This document shows positions 15,888-26,308 of a DNA stretch of 64,000 nucleotides, in pieces. The translations under genes and the position numbers were made by a program. The stretch comes from an uncultured Candidatus Saccharibacteria bacterium (GTDB lineage Bacteria; Patescibacteriota; Saccharimonadia; CAILAD01; JADZBC01): NCBI GenBank assembly GCA_964413715.1, contig CAYPSN010000002.1, forward strand, positions 850 to 64,849. The letters run 5' to 3'. Under the pieces are notes generated by a model. It was given only the letters and a program-made list of their open reading frames with translations, was not told where the DNA came from and searched no databases. Position 1 is the first letter of the stretch; every line of letters starts with the position of its first letter.

Positions 15888-16379
15888 CTAGTGTCCAAAG
15901 GTATGAATCTGGTGCACGGTCTTATAGTCCTGCACATCTTCGTCGGCAAACCATAGCTTAATTTCCGCTTCGGCCTCTTCTGCATTACCCGAAGCATGCA
16001 CTAAGTTGCGTAGTGACTTGTTGTTACTATCGCCCCAGCTGTAGTTCTCATGAGCAAAGTCGCCACGAATGGTGCCTGGTGCAGCCCCAAGAGGTTCGGT
16101 CGTTCCAACCATCTTGCGCACAGCAGCAATCACCCCAACGCCTTCTAGTACGAATGCAAGCACAGGGCCTTCCGACAAGTAGGCAGTTGCCTGGTCAAAA
16201 ACCTTCTGGCTAACACGCTCGGCCAAGCCGTCGTAATGAGCATCGGCGTGCTCCTTGCTTACGTTCATAAGCTTCATGCCTACAACTTTCATACCTGCGT
16301 CTTCAAAGCGTTGAATAATCCGACCCATCAGCCCTCGTGCAACTCCATCGGGCTTAATTATTACGAGTGTTCTTTCCAT
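15888..16379 (-). CDS. ndk: nucleoside diphosphate kinase
   Basis: MERTLVIIKPDGVARGLMGRIIQRFE...NLVHASGNAEEAEAEIKLWF. Confidence 0.9.
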   Translation of the reverse strand: MERTLVIIKPDGVARGLMGRIIQRFEDAGMKVVGMKLMNVSKEHADAHYDGLAERVSQKVFDQATAYLSEGPVLAFVLEGVGVIAAVRKMVGTTEPLGAAPGTIRGDFAHENYSWGDSNNKSLRNLVHASGNAEEAEAEIKLWFADEDVQDYKTVHQIHTFGH

Positions 16380-16394
16380 AATTGTCTCCTAGTT

Positions 16395-18281
16395 TCAGTT
16401 AGTTATTGTAGCAGCTTTGCGCCCAGCCTGGCCACGATGCCGATGGGCATGCAATGCAATCATGAGGATGCTCATGTCAGCTGGTGTTATGCCCTGCACC
16501 TTACCAGCTTGAGCTAAGGTAGTTGGTTGCATTTCTTCGAGTCTCTTGCGGGCTTCGTTGCGCAACCCCCTTACCTGTTCATAATCAAAATCACCTGGAA
16601 TCGGCTGACCAGCCTTTTCATGCAACTTGGCTGCCTCGCGTTGCTGACGCTCAAAGTAGCCGTGGTATTTTGCCTCCAGCTCCACAGCTTCCATATATTC
16701 ATCCTGAATTTCGATTCCATGCTCCCCCGCCACATCCTTAAGCCGTAATTCGGGGCGAGCTAGTAGTTCGTAGAGAGATACCTTGCCATGAGCTTGCGCT
16801 ACGCGAACACCCTTAAGCTGCTCTAGAGCTGACTGCACGCCAGCCTGCTTAGCCACTACTCTGTCGTAGGACTCTTTGCTAGCGAGCCCCAGCTCATGCC
16901 CCAGCTTCGTTAGGCGCATGTCGGCGTTATCGTTGCGCAAAAGCAGCCGATATTCGGCACGACTAGTGAACATTCTATATGGCTCCACGTGCGTTTTAGT
17001 CGTTAAATCCTCAATCAAAACTCCAATGTAAGCCTGCGTTCTATCCAGCGTAAATTCTGGCTTGCCAAGGGCCTTGCGCGCCGCATTCACTCCTGATATC
17101 AGCCCCTGAGCGGCGGCTTCTTCGTAGCCTGTGGTGCCGTTCATTTGACCAGCAAAATACAAACCTTGAACAATTTTTGTTTCCAATGTGAGCTTAAGTT
17201 GGTGGGGCAAAAAATAATCGTATACAACCGCATAGCCATGGGCTAAAAACTGTGCACGTTCCAAGCCCGGCACGCTGTGGATAATTTGCTCTTGGACCTC
17301 TTCGGGGAATGCCAGCGATCCACCTTGAATATACATACGCTGGCCGTCAGGGCCGTCTGGTCGACCCTCTGGCTCTATAAACAATGGGTGTCGGTCCTTA
17401 TCTGGAAAGTTTGCTACCTTCAGGTCAAGCGATGGGCAGCTCCTGGGTGCTCGCTCATTGATCATGCCCGAGAACACTGGAGATTTCTTGAGGTTATCCA
17501 TGATGATCTGGTGTGTTTCAGGCGTTGTATAGGTTAAGTAGCACGGTTCTTGTTGGCCTAAAGGAAGGATTTCCCTATCTGGATAACTAAAGCTCACTGG
17601 GCCCGCCGAACCTGGAGCCAACTCCATTTTGGCGTAATCAATGCTGTCGCGCGCAATTCTAGGTGGCGTGCCAGTCTTAAGCCGACCGTGCTTGAGCCCC
17701 AGCTTTACCAGCGACTCCGTGAGCCCACCAACTGAATCTTCGTCGATCCGACCACCTTTGCGCACCACTCTGTCCCCCACTACGATTTCGCCATTAAGAA
17801 ACGTACCAGCACAGATAATGACTGATTTAGTAGCAATTACTCCCCTATGAGTAGTCTCCACGCCTGTTATGCTTCCATCCTCAGCCTGCACGCCATGCAC
17901 TTCGTCTTCGAGCAGGTCTAGGCCCTCTGTGGCTCGTAAAACCGCCAGCATGTTGTCATTGTAGCCTGGCTTATCGATTTGCGCTCTGTAGGCGCGTACG
18001 GCTGGGCCTTTGGACGTATTAAGCTCCTTTAACTGAATAGCGCTTTTGTCCACTACGTCGGCCATAATGCCACCCAGGGCGCCGATTTCACGCACCAAGT
18101 GACCTTTGCCCGGCCCGCCAACCGACGGATTGCAGGGCAAAGTCGCCACCTTAGCAAGCGTGGTGGTAATGAGTGCAGTCTTGGCGCCTAGTTTAGCTGC
18201 TGCCACAGCAGCTTCACAGCCAGCATGACCAGCACCTACGACCACAACGTCGTATTGTTGTTTTTGGATTGCTTTAGCCAT
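16395..18281 (-). CDS. mnmG: tRNA uridine-5-carboxymethylaminomethyl modification enzyme MnmG (GidA)
   Basis: [19 protein letters not shown] motif; 628 aa; GidA C-terminal domain. Confidence 0.9.
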   Translation of the reverse strand: MAKAIQKQQYDVVVVGAGHAGCEAAVAAAKLGAKTALITTTLAKVATLPCNPSVGGPGKGHLVREIGALGGIMADVVDKSAIQLKELNTSKGPAVRAYRAQIDKPGYNDNMLAVLRATEGLDLLEDEVHGVQAEDGSITGVETTHRGVIATKSVIICAGTFLNGEIVVGDRVVRKGGRIDEDSVGGLTESLVKLGLKHGRLKTGTPPRIARDSIDYAKMELAPGSAGPVSFSYPDREILPLGQQEPCYLTYTTPETHQIIMDNLKKSPVFSGMINERAPRSCPSLDLKVANFPDKDRHPLFIEPEGRPDGPDGQRMYIQGGSLAFPEEVQEQIIHSVPGLERAQFLAHGYAVVYDYFLPHQLKLTLETKIVQGLYFAGQMNGTTGYEEAAAQGLISGVNAARKALGKPEFTLDRTQAYIGVLIEDLTTKTHVEPYRMFTSRAEYRLLLRNDNADMRLTKLGHELGLASKESYDRVVAKQAGVQSALEQLKGVRVAQAHGKVSLYELLARPELRLKDVAGEHGIEIQDEYMEAVELEAKYHGYFERQQREAAKLHEKAGQPIPGDFDYEQVRGLRNEARKRLEEMQPTTLAQAGKVQGITPADMSILMIALHAHRHRGQAGRKAATITN

Positions 18282-18358
18282 AAATCGAGGCTAATTATAG
18301 CTTAAAAAGGCCATTATGTCACCTTGCAGGTTGCCCCAAAACAGCTTAAGCTAAAGGT

Positions 18359-19270
18359 ATGTTTAATGACTACATGGCTGATTTTTTGGAATACATGGAA
18401 GTAGAACGCGGGCGCAGCGTTAAGACGATAGAAAACTACGCCCACTACTTGAATCGCTTCGATGAATTCGCTGGCGAAATTAAGGTTGAAAAGATCACGC
18501 TCGATACTATTAGCAAGTGGCGCCAATGGTTGAACCGCTACGTTACCGACGACGGTCGCAGTATTAGCCGCACCACCCAAAACTACCATCTAATAGCTAT
18601 GCGAAGTTTTCTGCGCTACCTGGTGAAGCGGGACGTTAAAAGTCTGAGCCCCGACAAGATAGAGCTCGCTCAAGCCAAACGACCACAGGTGAGCTTTCTG
18701 GATAAAGATGAGGTACATAGGCTCATGGAGGCAGTAAAAACCGACACCATGACTGGCCTGCGTGATAAAGCAATCCTAGCCATGCTATTCTCCACTGGCC
18801 TGCGCGTGTCAGAACTAGTAGCACTCAATCGCGACAGCGTTAACTTGGATCGCGGCGAGTTTAGCGTACGCGGTAAAGGGCAAAAGGATCGGCCAGTCTA
18901 CTTGAGCGAATCGGCCGCGTTAATCCTTAGTTACTATCTGGAAGCCCGCCACGACGAGTACGATCCGCTCTTCATCCACTTTAGCGGCACCAAAAGCAAC
19001 CTCGAAGGTGGCGAATACACACGCCTAACTACCCGTAGCATTCAGCGCATTGTAGAAAAATATACGAAGCTCGCTGGCATTACCAAACACGTTACGCCCC
19101 ACACCCTGCGCCACAGCTTTGCCACTGACCTGCTTATGAATGGCGCCGACATCCGCAGCGTGCAAGGGCTATTGGGCCACTCCAACATATCCACAACGCA
19201 AGTGTATACCCACATTACCGACCCGCACCTAAAGGACGTGCACAAGAAGTTTCATTCGGACAACAGTTAA
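18359..19270 (+). CDS. tyrosine site-specific recombinase XerC/XerD family
   Basis: Catalytic tail LRHSFATDLLMNGADIRSVQGLLGHSNISTTQVYTHI; 303 aa. Confidence 0.85.
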   Translation: MFNDYMADFLEYMEVERGRSVKTIENYAHYLNRFDEFAGEIKVEKITLDTISKWRQWLNRYVTDDGRSISRTTQNYHLIAMRSFLRYLVKRDVKSLSPDKIELAQAKRPQVSFLDKDEVHRLMEAVKTDTMTGLRDKAILAMLFSTGLRVSELVALNRDSVNLDRGEFSVRGKGQKDRPVYLSESAALILSYYLEARHDEYDPLFIHFSGTKSNLEGGEYTRLTTRSIQRIVEKYTKLAGITKHVTPHTLRHSFATDLLMNGADIRSVQGLLGHSNISTTQVYTHITDPHLKDVHKKFHSDNS

Positions 19271-19273
19271 AGG

Positions 19274-20338
19274 CTAGCTCCCGCTTTCGCAGCTACTATC
19301 ATTTTTACCGTCTCCACCTGCTACTGGCTTGTATTGATCATTCACCTGTAATGATTTGCAGATATTCTTTCCAGAAAACAGTACATTGCCATCGAGAAAA
19401 TCGAACGTGGAAGTCGGACTAAGATCTTTTGTGGCGATAACTCGCCTATAGAGGTTATTCGCCCTAGCTGTAACATCAATTTTGGCGTAAGGAAGTGGAA
19501 TTTCTAACTGCTTGCCATTGGCATCATAAAATTTTAGCCTTACGCGCGAAGAGTTATATCGCGGCGTCACCTTCACAACCAGATTACTAACTGCATCTAG
19601 ATTGGTAACCGTTTTAATACTAATTTTTTGGGCTGTCTTAGTACGACAAAAATATCCATCGGAGTAAGCTGTATCTGGATCACTACTGCATTCCGTCGCG
19701 ATAGGGCCAGATGTGCCGCCAGGTTTGGTAAGATACTTATTGATCTTGAAACCATAGTCACCATTGGCGTCATTCACTGGAGTGATCGGAGCACCGTCCC
19801 ACCACACAAAAGTTGATTCAATCGCGGCTGCAGTTTGCCCATTGCCGTCGCTCGCAGGCCATCCTGTCAAAGAAAAGAAGTCTGTGGCGGGCACCGTTGA
19901 CCATTCCATAGACATTGAGGCTATTGGGGTGGCTAAATTGGTTAGCTCGAGCCTCATCGAGCGGTCGCGGTCTAATTCCTTCTCAGCATAATCACCCTTG
20001 CCAGCACTTACCGAGTAGCAGGTAATCTCAATATTCTCAGTCTGCTTCAGTGTATCGTCGGTCTGGCAGCTGTCTATAAACTTAAAATTAGATGAAGATA
20101 TTTTGTTACCGAGTTTCTGCACATAAGATTCGGCTGCAGTAAGTGCCCTATTCGATTGCTCAGTGTTACTTGCCTGGCGCAGCTCGCGCACAGAGAGTGT
20201 CGTAAGACCGCCGACAACTCCAAGCAAAAGGACAGCTAACACGACTGTTACGAGTAGTGACGCTCCACCCTTCTGTTTGCGCAATAACTTTATCATACTC
20301 CTTATGCTATCAGATGTAGCGTATCGTGTTAATGCCAT
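19274..20338 (-). CDS. PilX-like type IV pilus minor pilin/assembly protein
   Basis: N-terminus RKQKGGASLLVTVVLAVLLLGVVGGLTTLSV...ALTAAES resembles PilX_N. TAATG overlap with the upstream minor pilin. Confidence 0.5.
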   Translation of the reverse strand: MALTRYATSDSIRSMIKLLRKQKGGASLLVTVVLAVLLLGVVGGLTTLSVRELRQASNTEQSNRALTAAESYVQKLGNKISSSNFKFIDSCQTDDTLKQTENIEITCYSVSAGKGDYAEKELDRDRSMRLELTNLATPIASMSMEWSTVPATDFFSLTGWPASDGNGQTAAAIESTFVWWDGAPITPVNDANGDYGFKINKYLTKPGGTSGPIATECSSDPDTAYSDGYFCRTKTAQKISIKTVTNLDAVSNLVVKVTPRYNSSRVRLKFYDANGKQLEIPLPYAKIDVTARANNLYRRVIATKDLSPTSTFDFLDGNVLFSGKNICKSLQVNDQYKPVAGGDGKNDSSCESGS

Positions 20339-20916
20339 TATTCATAACCCCGCAAGAAATATGTTGACTGCAGCTTAAAGGCATTACTAAATTGACGCGC
20401 CCTAGGAGTCGCTTCTGTACCGACACTCTTTTCAATCAAGACCCTAATAGACTGAGACTCTACCTCGCCTTGCAAATACTGATTTAGCTCAAAGCTTTTA
20501 ACGCTCGTCAAAATTACTGAGTCGCCGGACTGCACGGTGAATGTTTGTAAGTAAACAATACAGCCCTGCAGCATATCCGAACCTGACACTTTTCTCGTCC
20601 GAAGATTACTCGTGACTGATTGTGCGGCATCTTTGTAATACACCACGCCTCCTGCAGTGCCACCTTCAAGACACAACACAGCTTGATTGGTATCCGACTT
20701 AACAGCTGACTTTTTTGCAGAACGAATGTCGGCACCAATCTGTTCCATAGTCCGCCTGACCTGCTGCTGGTTGTCTCGACTCACGTTAGCCTGATTGTAT
20801 ATTGCTACGGCGTTTAAAAACCCCGATACGGCAACTATCAGCATAACGCTAAACCCAGCCATTGCGAATATGAGCTCAATGAGTGTAAAACCGCGCTCCT
20901 TTCGTACTCCCAACAT
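20338..20916 (-). CDS. minor pilin (prepilin-type N-terminal cleavage/methylation domain; PilW-like position)
   Basis: GFTLIELIFAMAGFSVMLIV after a short leader. ATG at 20916 in TGATG overlap with GGAGG upstream; the ORF-track extension was rejected. Confidence 0.65.
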   Translation of the reverse strand: MLGVRKERGFTLIELIFAMAGFSVMLIVAVSGFLNAVAIYNQANVSRDNQQQVRRTMEQIGADIRSAKKSAVKSDTNQAVLCLEGGTAGGVVYYKDAAQSVTSNLRTRKVSGSDMLQGCIVYLQTFTVQSGDSVILTSVKSFELNQYLQGEVESQSIRVLIEKSVGTEATPRARQFSNAFKLQSTYFLRGYE

Positions 20917-21419
20917 CAGTCGTCCTCCGTAATCGTCATAAGCTGAGTGGTTGAATTCAAAGTGGTTGAACCAAGTGATCGCCACGTGACTGTTATCTTT
21001 AATTCGATTGATTTTGCATCGGCTGCAGCTGGTCCGGTTTGGGTAATTGCGACTAGTGCCGATGGAAGAATCAGAGATAGCCCCCCTGCCCCACCTTCGC
21101 CAGATTTGACTTCCCATGTTTGTTGGCTATTTGCATCTTGCTGAACTGGCGCCATATGTACAGTCTTTTGGCCACCCGAAGCATCAGTAAAATTTTCTTT
21201 AAAACTCTGCCAGTCAGCAGCATCAACAACCTTCTTATAGGCCCTGAGTGCTTCGGCCTGTTCATTGGCAATTGCCGACGCCTGAGTGCGCTCTCCTGCA
21301 ACACGTGATGTGCGCCATGCATTCACCGCCCCACTAGTCATAACGGTTAAAATTGTTGCCAATATTGCCAATGCAAAGACTACCTCAATGAGAGTATCAC
21401 CACGCCTTAATTTAGCCAT
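20916..21419 (-). CDS. minor pilin (PilV-like position)
   Basis: MAKLRRGDTLIEVVFALAILATIL; TGATG coupling at both ends. Confidence 0.65.
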   Translation of the reverse strand: MAKLRRGDTLIEVVFALAILATILTVMTSGAVNAWRTSRVAGERTQASAIANEQAEALRAYKKVVDAADWQSFKENFTDASGGQKTVHMAPVQQDANSQQTWEVKSGEGGAGGLSLILPSALVAITQTGPAAADAKSIELKITVTWRSLGSTTLNSTTQLMTITEDD

Positions 21420-22054
21420 CACTGCTTCAACTCCATTGCCCCAGTAGCAGTATTCACTTCAATTGTCGCTTTATAGTCAGCCTTTGAGCCCTCGAAGCTT
21501 ATTACAACAACCCCCGTTTGCGAAGCCGTATATTTGTCAGCATTCGCAACATCGCCGACAAAATCCGACGAAGCAAAAAAGTATGGTAAAGCGCTAGTTG
21601 ACCCAGTCAGATTAACAAAATTCAGAGTGCCTTTCGTGCCACTCCCTGCTAGAGTTTGAAAGCCAGTAATCTTTATACCTGCGGGCAGATTTACCTTTAC
21701 ACCATTAATATCTGATTTTTGAATTACGTTGCGGTCAGCAGCACCCTCTCCCGACCTAACCAGCCAGTAGTTAGTGTAGGCTACAGTTGGGGCTTCACCT
21801 TCAAAAACAATACCCTTACCCACTAATTCTTTGCCTGCAAGATTCTGAGCTGGGGCTTGCCCACTGCTTGCCTCGTTCTGTACTTGTCGGAAGTTATTAA
21901 GTACTTGGCGCATGCCATCGTCAAACTGTGCCCTGCCACTGTTTGCCACGCCATTAATCGCTAGAACTATCATAAAACCAGCGATTGCCACGACCAAAAT
22001 GACCTCGACGAGGCCTATCCCCCTTTGCCTATTTTTGGGAAGTTTTATAGGCAT
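21419..22054 (-). CDS. minor pilin/pseudopilin (FimT/GspH-like position)
   Basis: RGIGLVEVILVVAIAGFMIVLAI prepilin-like N-terminus. Confidence 0.55.
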   Translation of the reverse strand: MPIKLPKNRQRGIGLVEVILVVAIAGFMIVLAINGVANSGRAQFDDGMRQVLNNFRQVQNEASSGQAPAQNLAGKELVGKGIVFEGEAPTVAYTNYWLVRSGEGAADRNVIQKSDINGVKVNLPAGIKITGFQTLAGSGTKGTLNFVNLTGSTSALPYFFASSDFVGDVANADKYTASQTGVVVISFEGSKADYKATIEVNTATGAMELKQ

Positions 22055-22108
22055 AAATACATAAATCCTTATGCTTTATTATACCACTTATGCTGAGCCA
22101 GAACGAAA

Positions 22109-22879
22109 CTATACACCAAGATACATATTTATGAGTGCTTCACCTAAAAATAGACCTATAAAGGTGCCGAGGATTAAGAATGGGCCAAGAGGAATAACGT
22201 CTTTACGATTTTTTAACCTGAGCCCCAATAGTGCTAAGGCTGTGATTGCAGCTATGTTAAAACTAAAGAAAATTGCCACCACAAGCTGCTGGGGGCTCAA
22301 CAATAAGCCCATCAGGAATGCCAACCGTATATCACCATCACCAATCCATGTGCCTTTGGAAAAAAACCACAATGCCCCAAAGAATAGCGCGAACACCAAA
22401 GCGCCCACCGCCCTAGCTGCCAATACCGGCTGGCCAAAGTAGCTGTTCGCTAGTAGCAAGTAGCCTACTGCCAAAACTATCGCTGGGATCATAAATCTGT
22501 CAGGCAAAAGCATCCAGCGCAAATCATATACGAATGATGCCATGAGCAAGCTGGCAATTACCAACCAAAACACGAGTGTAATACGGCCAAGGCTGGTAAC
22601 GTTACTGCCGAACTTTGCATACAACAATGCAAACATAGCAGCGGTGCCAAGCTCTACCATTGGGTACTGCGCAGAAATCGTCTTGCCGCACTTACGGCAC
22701 TTACCCTTTTGCAGCACGTAGCTTAAAACAGGTATCAGCTCGTACCACGCAAGCGTTTTGTGGCACTTGGGGCATTCGGAGCGGCCGGTTACAAAGCTCT
22801 TCTTATTATGAGTGCGGAAGATTAATACATTTAGGAAGCTACCAATCAACAACCCCAATATGGCCATAAACAACCACAT
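22109..22879 (-). CDS. pilD: prepilin peptidase (A24 family)
   Basis: CPKC..CRKC zinc motif, 8 TM helices, GDGDIRL catalytic Asp motif. Confidence 0.9.
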   Translation of the reverse strand: MWLFMAILGLLIGSFLNVLIFRTHNKKSFVTGRSECPKCHKTLAWYELIPVLSYVLQKGKCRKCGKTISAQYPMVELGTAAMFALLYAKFGSNVTSLGRITLVFWLVIASLLMASFVYDLRWMLLPDRFMIPAIVLAVGYLLLANSYFGQPVLAARAVGALVFALFFGALWFFSKGTWIGDGDIRLAFLMGLLLSPQQLVVAIFFSFNIAAITALALLGLRLKNRKDVIPLGPFLILGTFIGLFLGEALINMYLGV

Positions 22880-23340
22880 TATGGAGTGTATTTATATATA
22901 CCGCTTTCGAGACACGTTTCTAAGCGATAGGACGTTGGATTAGCTGCGTCATTGACTATATAGCCCACATAAGTCGGGAAGCAGAAGTTATTCGGTAACG
23001 GAGTCGTCCTGTATAGTACAAAGTAGGTTTTTCCTGTCGTTGGATCTTTGAATTTATCATTTGCGATATAGCCCTTGGTATATAGATCACCAGGAGCACT
23101 GCTGTCAGCATTTGCTCCAGTTTGGAAAAAATCCTGACTTCCAGGGAGTTTACCGTTATTATTAGCTGCGTACTGCTCAATGGCTGTTGCCAACTTTTGT
23201 GTGTCTGCTCTGCGAGTAGTATCTCTTGCACTACGCTGCGCGCCACTAACTGCAATAAACACCGCAGCCGTAATGAGTGAAGCAATACCTAGAACCATGA
23301 TTATTTCTACTAGTGTAAAGCCTTTATTCTTATGCTTCAT
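22879..23340 (-). CDS. pilA: type IV pilin (second PilA paralogue)
   Basis: MKHKNKGFTLVEIIMVLGI; TAATG overlap with pilD. Confidence 0.8.
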   Translation of the reverse strand: MKHKNKGFTLVEIIMVLGIASLITAAVFIAVSGAQRSARDTTRRADTQKLATAIEQYAANNNGKLPGSQDFFQTGANADSSAPGDLYTKGYIANDKFKDPTTGKTYFVLYRTTPLPNNFCFPTYVGYIVNDAANPTSYRLETCLESGIYKYTP

Positions 23341-23373
23341 GAATACAGTTTAATTCAGTTGACTAAGTTCTGC

Positions 23374-23409
23374 AAATCAAAAACACCCGTTCGGGTGTTT
23401 TTGATTTGC
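23374..23409. terminator. bidirectional intrinsic terminator between the two pilin genes
   Basis: CAAATCAAAAACACCCG-TT-CGGGTGTTTTTGATTTG; 17-bp perfect stem. Confidence 0.75.
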
Positions 23410-23424
23410 ATATATCTTAAATCG

Positions 23425-23901
23425 TTAGTTGCTAATGCACACCGGACCATTTTTAGTTTCTGACCAGTAGCTGACTGCGACCTGTGTGTCTGAACCGTTG
23501 GCATAAGCTTTGCCGTCATTTGTTGCAACAGCCCCTGAAGCAGGAGTCGATAGACAAGTCCCTTTTGCAACGTAGTACCAAGTTTTAGATGCTACATCAG
23601 ATCCGTTTGTAGCTACAGCCGTTGCTGCAGAAAATGTGACTGGCTGAGAACGCCCATCTTTAATATTAACCACATACTGGTTCATATCTCCAGATGCAGT
23701 AGGTGCCTTGTTTGAATTATCTCCTAAATATGCAGTATAAGCAGCAACGACTTTGCCTGCTGCGTCCTTACTTGCTTGATCACGCTGAGCGCGTTGAGCA
23801 CCGCCGACTGCTAAGAACACAATCACGAGTATCAAAGCAGCGATTGCCAAGACAATTACGATTTCGATAAGTGTGAAACCTTTTTTCTTAAGAGCTAACA
23901 T
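23425..23901 (-). CDS. pilA: type IV major pilin
   Basis: MLALKKKGFTLIEIVIVLAIAALIL; strong terminator directly downstream. Confidence 0.85.
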   Translation of the reverse strand: MLALKKKGFTLIEIVIVLAIAALILVIVFLAVGGAQRAQRDQASKDAAGKVVAAYTAYLGDNSNKAPTASGDMNQYVVNIKDGRSQPVTFSAATAVATNGSDVASKTWYYVAKGTCLSTPASGAVATNDGKAYANGSDTQVAVSYWSETKNGPVCISN

Positions 23902-23978
23902 TTTATAAGTTCTCCTTTTGTAATATTACCTAAAACTCTTATGCTTAGATTAGTTGATTTACCCATGCCAGTCAAGAG

Positions 23979-25226
23979 CTACTTGGTCTGAGTGCTACTT
24001 GCTGGATTGGTATCTATCCCACCGCCAACCAGGCTATACACTGGCAACAATATGGCAGCAATCATAAAGAATACCAAACCGCCAAGTACGACCATCATAA
24101 CCGGCTCAATGATTGTAGAGAGGTTCTTAACAGTCTGGTCAACTTCGTCTTCGTAAAAGTTTGCAACCTTGTCCAGCATATCGCCCAAGGTGCCCGAGTC
24201 TTCACCAATGCGAATCATTTGAGGAACGAGTGGCAAAATGTATTTATGCCCCGTTAGCGTGGCCGACAGAGCTTTACCGCCCTTTACCTGCTGTGCGGCA
24301 CCATCAATGATGTTTTTGATAATCACATTGTTCACCGCGTCCGAAGTAATGCTCATAGCTTCGAGAACCGGCACACCGCTTGCCACCAGTGAACCTAAGG
24401 TGCGGGTAAAGCGCGCCATGTAGACTTTCTGGAATAGCTTACCAAAAACTGGCGCGTTCAATTTGATTTTATCGAGAGTTTTGCGGCCGGGTTTAGACTG
24501 CACATAGGCTCGTGCCCCAAACACAGACGCAACTAGCACTAGCAACGTAAGCCACCAGTAGGTGATGACAAAATTGGACACTCCTAAAAGAATGCTTGTG
24601 TAAATAGGCAACTCCTTGCCAAGGTCTTTGTACAATCCTGTTACTTGAGGCAGTACTGAAACCAACATAAAGCCGATGACCGCTAGAATCACCACCAACA
24701 CAAGTGCTGGGTAGATGAGAGCGCCACGGACTTTAGAGGCAATGGCGAGCTCTTTTTCTTGCTGGTTGGCGAGTCGTTCTAACGCCGAATCAAGCGTACC
24801 AGACGCCTCCCCGGCTTTTACAAGGCTTATGTAGGTGTGGTTAAAAACCTGCGGGTATTTATCAAAGGAGTCAGCCAAACTATTACCGCCCTCTACCGAA
24901 GCCACGACTTTTTGCAAAATGTCCTTAAACTTTTCACTACTTACTTGATCAACTGCAGTAGCAAGCGCCTGCGTAATGGGCAAACCGGCCTTAATAAGCG
25001 TAGACAGCTGCCGAGTAAAGATAACCCTGTCACGAGCCTTGACCTTTTCTACACTCGATAGGTCTATACCGAAAAGAGTGCCCTTTTTAGCCGGCGTAAT
25101 CTTTACAGGAACTAGTTGTTTTTGCATTAACAAATCAGCTGCAGCCGATTCATTGTCGGCCTGGATGTTGCCTTTTATGGTAGAGCCAGAGGCCTGATCG
25201 CGAGCGGTATAAATATAATCAATCAC
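23979..25226 (-). CDS. pilC: type IV pilus assembly platform protein PilC (GspF family)
   Basis: Duplicated T2SSF domains and three TM segments; GTG start after TGAGGGG. Confidence 0.9.
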   Translation of the reverse strand: MIDYIYTARDQASGSTIKGNIQADNESAAADLLMQKQLVPVKITPAKKGTLFGIDLSSVEKVKARDRVIFTRQLSTLIKAGLPITQALATAVDQVSSEKFKDILQKVVASVEGGNSLADSFDKYPQVFNHTYISLVKAGEASGTLDSALERLANQQEKELAIASKVRGALIYPALVLVVILAVIGFMLVSVLPQVTGLYKDLGKELPIYTSILLGVSNFVITYWWLTLLVLVASVFGARAYVQSKPGRKTLDKIKLNAPVFGKLFQKVYMARFTRTLGSLVASGVPVLEAMSITSDAVNNVIIKNIIDGAAQQVKGGKALSATLTGHKYILPLVPQMIRIGEDSGTLGDMLDKVANFYEDEVDQTVKNLSTIIEPVMMVVLGGLVFFMIAAILLPVYSLVGGGIDTNPASSTQTK

Positions 25227-25228
25227 GG

Positions 25229-26299
25229 CTAGCCCCTCATTAAGCGGTCAAGTTCTGATAAATCAATGGCGTAGTTTTTGGCCTCTTCATAGCTAATCTT
25301 GCCTGCTCGAATCAGCGAGATGAGTGTGCGATCCATGGTTTGCATGCCGTATTCAGCGCCGGTTTGAATCGCGGCGTCCAGCTGGTGAGTTTTTGCATCA
25401 CGAATGATGTTACGTACCGCCGAAGTAGCCACCATTATTTCGGTAGCCGCCACACGACCACCACCCACCATAGGAATAAGCCGCTGTGCCACAATTGCCT
25501 GCAATATGCCAGCCAGCTGCACACGCACTTGTTGCTGTTGATATGGCGGGAAGACGTCTATGATACGGTCGATCGTTTGAGCAGCGTTATTGGTGTGCAA
25601 CGTAGCCAATACTAAGTGGCCAGTTTCGGCAATGGTAATAGCAGCCGCAATGGTTTCGAGATCGCGCATTTCACCAATCAGTACTACGTCTGGATCTTCA
25701 CGCAAAGCCGAACGCAAAGCTGGCGTAAAACCATTGGTATCAAAGTGGACTTCGCGTTGCACTACAATTGATTTTTTGTGATGGTGCTCGTATTCAATCG
25801 GGTCTTCGATGGTAACAATGTGAAGTGATTTGTTGGTATTGATAAGGTCCACCATGGCCGCCAAAGTGGTCGACTTACCAGAGCCAGTTGGCCCGGTCAC
25901 CAGCACTAAACCACGTGGAAAATTCGTAAAGGTATTGACCACCTGTGGCATGCCGAGCTCTTCGAGCGTACGGATTTTCGTGGGGATCAAACGCAACGCT
26001 ACAGCCAAATTACCCTTTTCATGAAAGGCATTTACCCTAAAGCGACCTTTGTTGCCAAAGGCAAATGAAAAGTCTAGCTCGCGGTCTTTAACAAGAATCT
26101 TCTTCTGCTCTTCATCAAGCAGTGAATAAGCTAGTGCCTCAACGTCTTCTCTCTTCAGGGCAGGCGTTTCGGGTACCGGCTGCAAAGCACCATCCACACG
26201 CAACATCGGCGGCAGCCCAACTTGCAAATGCAAATCAGACGCGTCGCGTCGAATAACTTCTTCTAGAAATGGTTCGATCCTCATCTGGGTCGATTCCAT
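25229..26299 (-). CDS. pilT: twitching-motility retraction ATPase PilT
   Basis: GPTGSGKSTTLAAM Walker A, Asp box, His box; 356 aa. Confidence 0.9.
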   Translation of the reverse strand: MESTQMRIEPFLEEVIRRDASDLHLQVGLPPMLRVDGALQPVPETPALKREDVEALAYSLLDEEQKKILVKDRELDFSFAFGNKGRFRVNAFHEKGNLAVALRLIPTKIRTLEELGMPQVVNTFTNFPRGLVLVTGPTGSGKSTTLAAMVDLINTNKSLHIVTIEDPIEYEHHHKKSIVVQREVHFDTNGFTPALRSALREDPDVVLIGEMRDLETIAAAITIAETGHLVLATLHTNNAAQTIDRIIDVFPPYQQQQVRVQLAGILQAIVAQRLIPMVGGGRVAATEIMVATSAVRNIIRDAKTHQLDAAIQTGAEYGMQTMDRTLISLIRAGKISYEEAKNYAIDLSELDRLMRG

Positions 26300-26308
26300 C
26301 CGCCCTCC

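Noticed and set aside
20296-20338. Alternative internal ATG (MIKLLRKQKGG) as the start of the PilX-like gene
   Set aside because: Its AGGAG lies only 1 nt from the ATG, whereas the upstream ATG at 20338 sits in the TAATG coupling overlap used throughout this operon.
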